A DNA stretch of 63,268 nt, filler included. It is 5 parts of 5 records of this genome, joined end to end, with 100 filler letters (N's around TTAATTAATTAA, not from the genome) between each part and the next. Parts side by side here need not be neighbours in the genome. Positions count along the whole stretch, not along the records: positions 1 to 13,493 come from SRR31156797_6283; 4 more parts are not named here. One strand, written 5' to 3'. Below the pieces are notes generated by a model. The model was not told the origin of the DNA, searched no databases, and saw nothing but the letters and a program-made list of their open reading frames with translations. Each line of letters starts with the position of its first letter. Positions within the stretch are counted from its first letter, which is position 1. The position numbers were made by a program, and so were the translations under genes. This document shows, piece after piece, positions 1 to 9,166 of the stretch.

Positions 1-2
1 TA

Positions 3-278
3 GATGATTTTGGAAGTGGATATTCAAACTACAATTATATTTTAAATCTAGATATCGATATTATTAAACTTGATAGTAGTCTAGTAGAAAATATTTATAC
101 TGATCAAGAGTCTTTAGTAATAGTTTCAAATATTGTACGAACTGCAAAAGAGATCGGACTCATTGTTGTAGCTGAAAAAGTAAGTGATGAGCATATTGAG
201 AAGATCTTAACAGTTCATGAGGTAGATTATCTCCAAGGTTTCCATATAGGAAAACCAGCACCTGCAGTTTTGGACTAA
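3..278 (+). CDS. EAL-domain (c-di-GMP phosphodiesterase) protein, C-terminal fragment cut by window start
   Basis: Manual translation [24 protein letters not shown]...VVAEKVS...[11 protein letters not shown], which contains the canonical EAL C-terminal motifs. Confidence 0.9.
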   Translation, partial: DDFGSGYSNYNYILNLDIDIIKLDSSLVENIYTDQESLVIVSNIVRTAKEIGLIVVAEKVSDEHIEKILTVHEVDYLQGFHIGKPAPAVLD

Positions 279-285
279 GTATCTT

Positions 286-963
286 ATGAAGTTTTCGTTT
301 GTAAGTTTATTTCCAAATCTGATTCAGCCTTATTTTGAAGATTCGATTTTAAAAAGAGCCTGTGAGAAAGAGCTTATACACTTAGAGTTTTTAAATCCAC
401 GGGATTTCACTACAAATAAACATAATAAAGTGGATGATACTCTCTGTGGTGGTGGAGCAGGTCAGCTCATGTTTCCCCAGCCACTTTTTGATATCTTACA
501 AGAGATAAAAAAACATGATCCAAATGCATATATCATCTTTCCACTAGCAGCAGCAAAACCTTTTAAACAAAATGATGCTAAAAGACTAGCTAAAAAAGAG
601 CACCTTGTATTTGTAAGTGGAAGATATGAGGGGATCGATGAGCGAGTCATTGAAACCTTTGCCAATGAAGTATTTAGTATAGGTGATTATATCCTTACAG
701 GTGGGGAACTAGCATCTACTGTGATGAGTGATGCAATTGCAAGAAATATTGACGGAGTCTTAGGAAACAATGCGTCACTTGATGAAGAGAGTTATAACCT
801 CCAAGAAAAGAACAAACTCCAACTCGAAGCACCCTCTTTTACAAAACCTATAAATTTTAACAATTTAAGTGTTCCTTCAGAATTATTAAAGGGAAACCAT
901 GCTAAAATTCGCAACTTTAAATCTAAGCTGTCTAAATACAAAACTAAGTATTTTAGACCATAA
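286..963 (+). CDS. trmD: tRNA (guanine-N1)-methyltransferase
   Basis: [22 protein letters not shown] and [11 protein letters not shown] motifs; lies directly upstream of rplS. Confidence 0.97.
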   Translation: MKFSFVSLFPNLIQPYFEDSILKRACEKELIHLEFLNPRDFTTNKHNKVDDTLCGGGAGQLMFPQPLFDILQEIKKHDPNAYIIFPLAAAKPFKQNDAKRLAKKEHLVFVSGRYEGIDERVIETFANEVFSIGDYILTGGELASTVMSDAIARNIDGVLGNNASLDEESYNLQEKNKLQLEAPSFTKPINFNNLSVPSELLKGNHAKIRNFKSKLSKYKTKYFRP

Positions 964-1007
964 AATGGGGCACTTTGTAGAGACATACCCCCGAAAAAGG
1001 GAAAAAA

Positions 1008-1364
1008 ATGAAAAATAAATACATTGCAGCGTTTGAATCAGCACAAATAGAAGGGAAAGAGATTCCTCAGTTTAGAGCTGGTGATACATTAAGACTTGGT
1101 GTTGAAATTAAAGAGGGATCAAAAACAAGAGTTCAGAACTTTGAAGGTATTGTTATTGGTCTTAAAGGTGAGGGTATCTCTTCAACTTTTACTATTAGAA
1201 AAATTGGTGCTAATGGTGTTGGTGTTGAGAGAATTTTCCCAATGTATTCTGAAAGTTTAAAATCTATTGAACTATTAAGAAGAGGTGATGTAAGAAGAGC
1301 TAAACTTAACTACCTTAGAGGTCTTAAAGGGAAAGCTGCAAAAATTAAAGAACTTAGAAAATAA
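1008..1364 (+). CDS. rplS: 50S ribosomal protein L19
   Basis: [22 protein letters not shown] and [12 protein letters not shown] motifs. Confidence 0.98.
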   Translation: MKNKYIAAFESAQIEGKEIPQFRAGDTLRLGVEIKEGSKTRVQNFEGIVIGLKGEGISSTFTIRKIGANGVGVERIFPMYSESLKSIELLRRGDVRRAKLNYLRGLKGKAAKIKELRK

Positions 1365-1383
1365 TTCTTTGATTTTTGAAAAG

Positions 1384-1420
1384 AAAAAAGGTAAGTATCT
1401 TTTGATACTTACCTTTTTTT
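1384..1420 (+). terminator. Rho-independent terminator after rplS
   Basis: Perfect hairpin AAAAAAGGTAAGTATC-TTTT-GATACTTACCTTTTTT followed by a U tract. Confidence 0.9.
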
Positions 1421-1431
1421 ATGTTTAGACA

Positions 1432-2307
1432 ATGCAACTTTTACACTCACCTATCCAAGCTATCCATTTTAAAGAGCACAACTTTTTATTAAAACGTGAT
1501 GATCTACTTGATAGTAACTTCTCAGGAAATAAAGCAAGAAAGCTTCTCTATTTTTTACACAATGATTTTCCAAATATAAATACTCTTATGAGCTATGGAT
1601 CAAACCAATCAAACGCTATGTATTCATTATCAGTACTTGCAAAACTAAAAGGATGGAACTTTATCTATTATGTTGATCATATCCCCTCTTTTTTACAAAA
1701 GAACCCTTTGGGAAACTATAAACATGCTCTTCAAAATGGGATGGAGATAAAGCTCTTAAAAGAGAATGAAACAATAAGTACCATATTTTATGATGTAAAC
1801 TCTACCCTTTTTATAAAAGAGGGAGGAGCTGTAAAAGAAGCAGAATATGGGATCAAAACTTTAGCAGATGAGATAAATGAGTATAAAAAAAACAATAATA
1901 TTCAAAACCTTAAGATATTTTTGCCAAGTGGTACAGGGACAACTGCCCTATTTTTACAAAAACACTTAACAGATGAAGTTCTTACTTGCCCTTGTGTAGG
2001 AGATAGTGAGTATTTAAAAAAACAGTTTTTAGAGCTTGAAGATGATGAATCTTTTCATCCAACTATCCTAAAAACAGATAAAAAATACCATTTTGGAAAA
2101 CTTTATAAAGAAAACTACATTTTATGGAAAGAGATAAAAGAGCTTACAAAGATAGAATTTGATCTTTTATATGATCCTATTGGACTTAGAACTTTTTTTA
2201 CACTAGAGAAAAACCAAGACACCACATACCTTTATATCCATCAAGGTGGAATAAAAGGGAATCAAACCATGTATCAAAGATACTGTTACAAATATTCCAA
2301 TCTTTAG
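1432..2307 (+). CDS. PLP-dependent D-cysteine desulfhydrase / ACC deaminase family protein
   Basis: LKRDDL, SGNKARKL (PLP lysine), SYGSNQSNAM, PSGTGTT and YIHQGG motifs. Confidence 0.88.
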   Translation: MQLLHSPIQAIHFKEHNFLLKRDDLLDSNFSGNKARKLLYFLHNDFPNINTLMSYGSNQSNAMYSLSVLAKLKGWNFIYYVDHIPSFLQKNPLGNYKHALQNGMEIKLLKENETISTIFYDVNSTLFIKEGGAVKEAEYGIKTLADEINEYKKNNNIQNLKIFLPSGTGTTALFLQKHLTDEVLTCPCVGDSEYLKKQFLELEDDESFHPTILKTDKKYHFGKLYKENYILWKEIKELTKIEFDLLYDPIGLRTFFTLEKNQDTTYLYIHQGGIKGNQTMYQRYCYKYSNL

Positions 2308-2417
2308 AAAAATTACAGTTTGGCTACAAGTTATACAGCAAAAACTACTTTTAAGGTTCCATTTTATAGTATGATTCAAAAAAGATTTTTTAAACTAAAA
2401 TATATAAAGAGAATACA

Positions 2418-3878
2418 ATGAGCGAACACAATAATTTACTAGATATTATCATTTTTGGTGGGCATGGTGATCTTGCCTTTAGAAAACTAATGCCAGCACT
2501 GTACCATATATACAATGGGAGTTTTTTACATGAAAACAGTAGAATTATCACGGTTACAAGACGTGATATGAGTAGAGATGATCATCTAACACTTTTAAAA
2601 GAGAAAATGGATGAATTTTTACCCGCTGAATATTATGATGATGAAAAATACCATTTTTTCTCTGAGCATTTAGAAGTAGTAACGGTAGATCTAAACGATA
2701 GTTCTTCTTATCAACCACTTCATGATATGTTAGCCCAGAATCCTGATAGAGAGAGATTCTACTATCTCTCAACTGCACCAGACTTTTTTGGCTCTATTTG
2801 TAAAACTCTATCAGAATTTAGCCTTATCAATAATAACTCAAGAGTTGTTTTAGAAAAACCTATTGGACGAAGTCTTGAAACTTCACGTGAGATCAACAAT
2901 GAAGTATTAAAATATTTTGAAGAGAAACAGATCTATCGAATCGATCATTATCTAGGAAAAGAGACTGTTCAAAATATTATGGCACTTAGATTTTCAAATA
3001 GATTCTTTATGCCTTTATGGGATGAAGGGAATATTGACCATGTACAGATCACTGTTAGTGAGAGTGTAGGAGTTGAGGGTCGTTGGGGGTATTATGATGA
3101 TTATGGAGCATTAAGGGATATGATCCAAAACCATCTTTTACAACTTGTTTGTCTAGTAGCGATGGAGCCACCATGTTCACTTGATGCAGATAGTGTAAGG
3201 GATGAAAAAGTAAAGGTTTTAAAATCTCTTCGGCCAATGAATGAAGATGATATAGAAAATAAAACTGTAAGAGCCCAATATACAGCAGGATCAATTGCAG
3301 GAAAAAGTGTACCAGGATATCGTGAAGGGGAAGGTGTAGAAGAGAGCAATACTGAAACTTTCGCATCAATGAGACTCGATATCCATAACTGGAGATGGAA
3401 AGATGTTCCATTTTATATACGAAGTGGAAAAAGGATGAGTAAAAGAAACTCTGAAATCGTGATCCAATTTAAATCGATCCCTTATTCTATCTTTGCAAAT
3501 AAAGGAAGATGCATCTCAGCAAATAAACTGATCATCTCACTCCAACCAAATGAATCGATCAAACTACAACTTATGAATAAGATCCCAGGGCTTAGTGAAC
3601 AGATGAGATTAAAGCCAGTGGAGCTTGAGCTTAACAATGAGTTTGAAGATGAAAGAAAACCTGAAGCGTATGAACGACTTCTTTTAGATGTAATACGATC
3701 AAATCCTACTCACTTTATGAGACTTGATGAAGTGGAAGCTGCATGGAAATGGGCAGATATTATCTTAGATGGATGGAAAGAAAATCTTGTCAATATGAAA
3801 GAGTACCCAGCTGGAACCGATGGACCAACTGCGTCTATTGCCCTGATTGAAAGAGATGGAAGAAGCTGGCATGAATAA
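2418..3878 (+). CDS. zwf: Glucose-6-phosphate 1-dehydrogenase
   Basis: FGGHGDLAFRKL, EKPIG, RIDHYLGKE, DMIQNHLLQ and PEAYERLL motifs. Confidence 0.97.
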   Translation: MSEHNNLLDIIIFGGHGDLAFRKLMPALYHIYNGSFLHENSRIITVTRRDMSRDDHLTLLKEKMDEFLPAEYYDDEKYHFFSEHLEVVTVDLNDSSSYQPLHDMLAQNPDRERFYYLSTAPDFFGSICKTLSEFSLINNNSRVVLEKPIGRSLETSREINNEVLKYFEEKQIYRIDHYLGKETVQNIMALRFSNRFFMPLWDEGNIDHVQITVSESVGVEGRWGYYDDYGALRDMIQNHLLQLVCLVAMEPPCSLDADSVRDEKVKVLKSLRPMNEDDIENKTVRAQYTAGSIAGKSVPGYREGEGVEESNTETFASMRLDIHNWRWKDVPFYIRSGKRMSKRNSEIVIQFKSIPYSIFANKGRCISANKLIISLQPNESIKLQLMNKIPGLSEQMRLKPVELELNNEFEDERKPEAYERLLLDVIRSNPTHFMRLDEVEAAWKWADIILDGWKENLVNMKEYPAGTDGPTASIALIERDGRSWHE

Positions 3879-4566
3879 AAATGTATCATTTTCTCAGTTT
3901 GATAAAAAAGAGAAACTCTATGAAGAGCTTACTAATACTATAGTATGTAAACTTGAAAAGGCTATAGAAGAAAATGACTTAGCACTTATTGCACTCTCAG
4001 GAGGCTCTACGCCAAAGCCTCTTTTTGAAAAGCTGAGCCATATGACACTTCCTTGGGAAAAAATCTATATCACTTTAGTGGATGAAAGATGGGTTCCCAA
4101 TACCCATGATGATAGTAATGAAAAACTAGTAAAAGATTTTCTTATTCAAAATAAAGCGATAAAAGCAAACTTCATCCCTTTAAAACTTGATTTACCTACC
4201 CCTTTTGATGCAGTAAAAGAGTGTGGGAAACAGTTTGATACTTTTAAACAAAATATTGATGTAGTGATCTTAGGAATGGGTGGAGATGCCCATACAGCTT
4301 CTTTTTTTCCAAAAGATGAAAACCTACACAATGCTCTTACCACAAAAGACACCTGTGCAGCAACTATCCCAACCGATGCACCTCATCAAAGAATGACATT
4401 TTCACTCTCAAAACTTTTAAGTGCAAAAGATATCTTTTTACATATTGAGGGAAAAAATAAACTTGATGTGTATCAAAAAGCAAGTCAAGAAGGAAAAATA
4501 GAAGATATGCCAATACGAGCCTTTTTATTCAATGAAAAACCACTAAAGGTCTACTATGCCGATTAA
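3871..4566 (+). CDS. pgl: 6-phosphogluconolactonase
   Basis: ALSGGSTP, VDERWVP and LGMGGDAHTASFFP motifs; ATG at 3871 overlaps the end of zwf. Confidence 0.95.
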   Translation: MNKNVSFSQFDKKEKLYEELTNTIVCKLEKAIEENDLALIALSGGSTPKPLFEKLSHMTLPWEKIYITLVDERWVPNTHDDSNEKLVKDFLIQNKAIKANFIPLKLDLPTPFDAVKECGKQFDTFKQNIDVVILGMGGDAHTASFFPKDENLHNALTTKDTCAATIPTDAPHQRMTFSLSKLLSAKDIFLHIEGKNKLDVYQKASQEGKIEDMPIRAFLFNEKPLKVYYAD

Positions 4567-6385
4567 ACAAATAACAGACGTAACAAATGATATTATCAAA
4601 AGAAGTACTACTACACGTTCATTATATCTTCAAAGAATCGAGGAAGCGTGTGAATATGAAGTGAATAGAAAAGCTCTAGGGTGTAGTAATCTAGCCCATG
4701 GAGTAGCACCACTTGATGAGAAAGAGAAAAAAGAACTGCTTGAATTTAAAAGAGAAAATGTCGCTATCGTCTCAGCGTATAATGATATGCTCTCAGCCCA
4801 TGAGCCTTATAAAAGTTATCCTCCTCTTATAAAACGTGCACTAAATCTCCAAGGGGTAAGTGCCCAATTTGCAGGAGGTGTTCCTGCTATGTGTGATGGG
4901 ATCACCCAATCACAACCAGGGATGGAGCTAAGCCTTTTTAGTCGTGATAATATAGCAAGTGGAACTGCTATTGCTTTGAGTCATAATATGTTTGATGGAG
5001 CACTTTATCTTGGAGTGTGTGATAAGATCGTCCCTGGACTTCTAATAGGAGCTCTAAAGTTTGGTCATCTTCCATCTATATTTATCCCAGCTGGGCCAAT
5101 GCCAAGTGGAATTAGTAATAGTGTAAAAGCAAAAGTAAGACAAGAGTATACACAAGGGAAAGTAGACTTTGCAACACTCCTTGAAACTGAAGCAAAATCA
5201 TATCATGCTAGTGGAACTTGTACTTTTTATGGAACGGCAAACTCAAATCAAATGCTTATGGAAATAATGGGTCTGCATCTTCCTGGAAGCTCTTTTGTTC
5301 CTACAAATACTCCTTTAAGAGATGCTTTAACAGAAGAAGCCTCAGTACAACTTATTAAGTTAATGAAAAATAGTGGAAACTTTACTCCAATAGGAAAAAT
5401 GCTTGATGAAAAAAGTTTTGTTAATGCTATCATTGGACTTTTAGCAACAGGAGGATCAACTAACCACACGATCCACTTAATCGCAATGGCAAGAGCTGCT
5501 GGTATCACACTTACTTGGGATGACTTTGATAGACTTTCCGCTGTAATCCCACTCCTATGTAAAATGTATCCAAATGGTTCAGCAGATGTAAACCACTTTC
5601 ATCAAGCTGGTGGAATGGGTGTCGTTATAAAAGAGCTTTTAGAAAACGATCTTATTCATAATGATGTCAATACTATCTTAGGAGAAGGACTAGAGAAATA
5701 TATAAGTGAACCAATTCTTGAAAAAAATAAATTAATTTTCAAAGATATAGAAAATGGTTCTAAAAATTCTGATATAATAGGAACTGTTCAGTCACCATTT
5801 AGTGATGAGGGTGGAGTAAAGCTTCTTAGTGGAAACCTTGGGCGATCAATTGTGAAAACCTCAGCACTCAAAGAGAGCAATAGAATCATAGAAGCTCCAG
5901 CACTTGTATTTGAATCACAAGATGAGTTACAAAAAGCCTTTAAAGAGGGAAAACTCAACCAAGATTTTATAGCAGTAGTAAGATATCAAGGGCCAGCAGC
6001 CAATGGGATGCCAGAACTTCATGGGCTTATGAAACCACTTGGAGCTTTACAAGATGAGGGCTATAAAGTGGCGATCGTCACAGATGGACGAATGTCAGGA
6101 GCAAGTGGAAAAGTTCCAAGTGCTATTCACCTAACACCTGAAGCCCTAAGTGGCGGAATGATCGCAAAAGTACAAGATGGAGATATGATCAAACTTGATT
6201 GTAATAGTGGAGAATTATCACTTTTAGTTGATAATTCTACTTTAGAAAAAAGAGAGATTTCAAAACCTGATCTATCATCAAATAGACATGGAATGGGAAG
6301 AGAGCTGTTTAGTATGATGAGAAACTATGTAAATGGTGCCGAAGATGGAGCCTGTACATTTCAAAAAGTAGGAGAAGAGAGATGA
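4556..6385 (+). CDS. edd: Phosphogluconate dehydratase
   Basis: CSNLAHG, AYNDMLSAHEP, GVPAMCDG, NGMPELH and TDGRMSGASGKVP motifs. Confidence 0.97.
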   Translation: MPIKQITDVTNDIIKRSTTTRSLYLQRIEEACEYEVNRKALGCSNLAHGVAPLDEKEKKELLEFKRENVAIVSAYNDMLSAHEPYKSYPPLIKRALNLQGVSAQFAGGVPAMCDGITQSQPGMELSLFSRDNIASGTAIALSHNMFDGALYLGVCDKIVPGLLIGALKFGHLPSIFIPAGPMPSGISNSVKAKVRQEYTQGKVDFATLLETEAKSYHASGTCTFYGTANSNQMLMEIMGLHLPGSSFVPTNTPLRDALTEEASVQLIKLMKNSGNFTPIGKMLDEKSFVNAIIGLLATGGSTNHTIHLIAMARAAGITLTWDDFDRLSAVIPLLCKMYPNGSADVNHFHQAGGMGVVIKELLENDLIHNDVNTILGEGLEKYISEPILEKNKLIFKDIENGSKNSDIIGTVQSPFSDEGGVKLLSGNLGRSIVKTSALKESNRIIEAPALVFESQDELQKAFKEGKLNQDFIAVVRYQGPAANGMPELHGLMKPLGALQDEGYKVAIVTDGRMSGASGKVPSAIHLTPEALSGGMIAKVQDGDMIKLDCNSGELSLLVDNSTLEKREISKPDLSSNRHGMGRELFSMMRNYVNGAEDGACTFQKVGEER

Positions 6386-7026
6386 CACCAAGAAAAGTAT
6401 TAAATGTATCACCAATTATCCCAGTAGTAGCAATAGAAGACCCAGAAAAAGCTGTAGATCTTGCAAATGCTCTACTTGAGGGTGGAATCAATATTATTGA
6501 AGTCACTTTAAGAACACCAAATGCGATCCAAGCAATAGAAAATATCGCTAAAAATGTTCCTGATATGGTATTAGGAGCTGGAACTGTGATCAATCCTGAG
6601 CAATATGATCTTGCGATCAATGCGGGAGTACAATTTGTAATTAGCCCAGGGTTTACTTACAAACTTCTAGAACATGCTGCAAAAGACGATATCCCACTTA
6701 TACCTGGAGTTGCAAGTGCTAGTGAAATTATGTATGGGATAGATTTTGGACTAGATACATTTAAACTTTTCCCTGCAAATGTTGTAGGTGGTGTAAGTGC
6801 TGTAAAATCTTTTGCTGGACCATTTTCAGATGTGGTATTTTGCCCAACTGGTGGAGTAAATGAAGATAATATCCAAGACTACCTCAAACTTTCAAATGTA
6901 GCATGTGTAGGTGGTACTTGGTTAGCTTCTAAAAAACTTATTGAAAATGGAGATTTTGATCTTATCAAAAGAAACTGCAAGGAAGCAGTTGCAAGTATTA
7001 CAAGAGAGAAGCCTTTACATTTATAA
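6382..7026 (+). CDS. eda: KDPG/KHG aldolase
   Basis: IEVTLRTP, GAGTV, KLFPA and FCPTGGV motifs. Confidence 0.96.
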   Translation: MTPRKVLNVSPIIPVVAIEDPEKAVDLANALLEGGINIIEVTLRTPNAIQAIENIAKNVPDMVLGAGTVINPEQYDLAINAGVQFVISPGFTYKLLEHAAKDDIPLIPGVASASEIMYGIDFGLDTFKLFPANVVGGVSAVKSFAGPFSDVVFCPTGGVNEDNIQDYLKLSNVACVGGTWLASKKLIENGDFDLIKRNCKEAVASITREKPLHL

Positions 7027-7038
7027 AGGCTTTGTATA

Positions 7039-8424
7039 TTAGATAGAAGCTAACCAATCTTTAAAAGCTTCTACTTGCTCGCTTGTTCTTTTGGTACTTG
7101 TACCACCAAAAGAATCTCTAGCATTCATAGAGTTTCTAAGATCTAAGCACTCTAAAATATCCTCATCGATATCTTTCAAAGTCTCATTTGAAGCTCTAAT
7201 CTCTTCAATATTTAATTCACTTACATCTTTATGTAAAGAATTTGCATGAGCTACCACATCTTTAGTGATATAATATGCCGTTCTAAATGGGATATCTCTT
7301 TTTTGTACTAGATAATCAGCTAGATCTGTAGCAGTTAAATGCCCTACTTTACAAGCCTGCTCCATTCTTTCACTTTGGATAATAAGTGTCTGCATCACTG
7401 AATTTAATATCTCAATACTTATCTCACAATTTACCACAGAATCAAATACACCCTCTTTATCCTCTTGGGTATCTTTATTATAAGCAAGCGGTAAACCTTT
7501 CATCACTGTAAGAAGTCCCATAAGATTTCCATAGGCTCGTCCAGTCTTTCCTCGAAGAAGCTCAGGTACATCAGGGTTTTTCTTTTGTGGCATGATAGAG
7601 CTTGTCGTCGCATACTCATCACTCATCTTTACAAATCCAAACTCATAACTAGACCACAAGATTAGTTCCTCAGAGATTCTACTAATATGCATCATCGTTG
7701 TAGAGATATTGTATAAGATATCTAAAGCAAAGTCACGATTACTACTCGTATCAAGTGCACAAGGTGTCGGAGCAGAAAACCCTAAAAGTTCACTTGTCTT
7801 AAATCTGTCAATTTGATGAGGAGTACCAGCTAGTGCAGCACTTCCAAGTGGAGAATAGTCATTTCTACTTATTGCGTCTTCAAATCGCTCATAATCTCTT
7901 TTAAACATATTAGCATATGCCAACATATGAAATCCAAAATTGATAGGCTGAGCATGTTGTAAGTGTGTCATCCCAGGGATCAAAGTCTCAGTATGCTTAG
8001 AAGCGATATCTACAAAAGTACTTACAAGCTTTTTAAGCTGATCTTTTAGACTGATTGACTTCTCTTTTACATAGAGTGTAAAATCTGTAGCTACCTGATC
8101 ATTACGACTTCTAGCTGTATGAAGTCTTCCACCAGCATCACCAATATATTCCGTAAGCTTACTCTCGATCGCCATATGCACATCTTCATGCTCTATTTTC
8201 CACTCGAACTCACCCGATTCGATCTCACCCTTTATTCGTAAAAGTCCGCTTTCTATCTTTTCTTGATCTTCAATAGAGATGATCCCTTGAAGAGCGAGCA
8301 TCTTAGAGTGGGCAATACTCCCTTGAATATCTTGAGCATATAGCTCTTTATCAAACATCACCGAAGCATTGAACTGATCTAAAAGCTTGGCATTTGTATT
8401 TTTTAAAATCTGATCTTGTGACAT
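7039..8424 (-). CDS. argH: Argininosuccinate lyase
   Basis: [30 protein letters not shown] and [10 protein letters not shown] motifs. Confidence 0.97.
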   Translation of the reverse strand: MSQDQILKNTNAKLLDQFNASVMFDKELYAQDIQGSIAHSKMLALQGIISIEDQEKIESGLLRIKGEIESGEFEWKIEHEDVHMAIESKLTEYIGDAGGRLHTARSRNDQVATDFTLYVKEKSISLKDQLKKLVSTFVDIASKHTETLIPGMTHLQHAQPINFGFHMLAYANMFKRDYERFEDAISRNDYSPLGSAALAGTPHQIDRFKTSELLGFSAPTPCALDTSSNRDFALDILYNISTTMMHISRISEELILWSSYEFGFVKMSDEYATTSSIMPQKKNPDVPELLRGKTGRAYGNLMGLLTVMKGLPLAYNKDTQEDKEGVFDSVVNCEISIEILNSVMQTLIIQSERMEQACKVGHLTATDLADYLVQKRDIPFRTAYYITKDVVAHANSLHKDVSELNIEEIRASNETLKDIDEDILECLDLRNSMNARDSFGGTSTKRTSEQVEAFKDWLASI

Positions 8425-8590
8425 AAAATATCCTATATAAATTGTTGGTGTGATTATAACATGTTAGGGATAAATAGAAAAATGAAAGGAAAATTTTACA
8501 AAAAATATTTTGTGACAGGAATTTTGACACTTTTTTGATAGAATAAATAAAACAGTTTTTATATCTAAAAAACCTAACAAAGGATAGATC

Positions 8591-8806
8591 ATGATAGAGA
8601 TGGTACCTATCAACAGTGAAAATATAAAATCACTTGGATTTGATAAATCAACAAATTATCTTTATATTATATTTGAAGATGATGATATGGAGTATTTATA
8701 TAAAAATGTACAAATGGAAACTTTTATAGAACTGCTTTTTAGTCAATCTAAAAGTCAATATCTAGAAGAAAATATTTTTAATAGATGTGAGAAGATTGCA
8801 GTGTAG
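8591..8806 (+). CDS. KTSC-domain small protein
   Basis: 71 aa with MVPINSENIKSLGFD...LYIIF...YLYKNV...SQSKSQY, the KTSC pattern; AAGGA RBS upstream. Confidence 0.75.
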   Translation: MIEMVPINSENIKSLGFDKSTNYLYIIFEDDDMEYLYKNVQMETFIELLFSQSKSQYLEENIFNRCEKIAV

Positions 8807-8966
8807 TATAGAAAATAAATCAACTAAGTGAGCAAATTATTTGATAAAAAACTGCACATATGTCTTACATTGTTATATCTATATTATTTAAATTAACAAA
8901 ATCATTTATATTTCAAGGATAAAAATCAGAATGAATGTAAAAAAAATTCTGTCCATTTTATATAAG

Positions 8967-9020
8967 TGGTGCGACCGGCGAGATTTGAACTCGCACATCC
9001 GAAGACACTCCCCCCCTCAA
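8967..9020 (-). pseudogene. 3' half of disrupted host tRNA-Leu(GAG) (attR-like end)
   Basis: Minus strand reads TTGAGGG-GGGAG-TGTCTTCGGATGT-GCGAG TTCAAAT CTCGC-CGGTCGC-ACCA: anticodon loop, long variable arm, T arm and CCA, with no D arm upstream. Confidence 0.9.
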
Positions 9021-9029
9021 AACTGTGTT

Positions 9030-9166
9030 TTACATAACTTATTTTTTGAAATTATTTTACAAAACCCTTTATTTAAAGACTTTACAGGAGTTACACCATC
9101 CCTTTGAATACATCAAAAAGGTAATATAAGTTACATAACTTTTTACATAATCTTTTAGTTATGTAA
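9030..9166. repeat. TTACATAACT motif cluster at the island left end (putative integrase arm-type sites)
   Basis: Copies at 9030, 9131 and 9143 (TTACATAATC), plus an inverted copy AGTTATGTAA at 9157. Confidence 0.65.
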
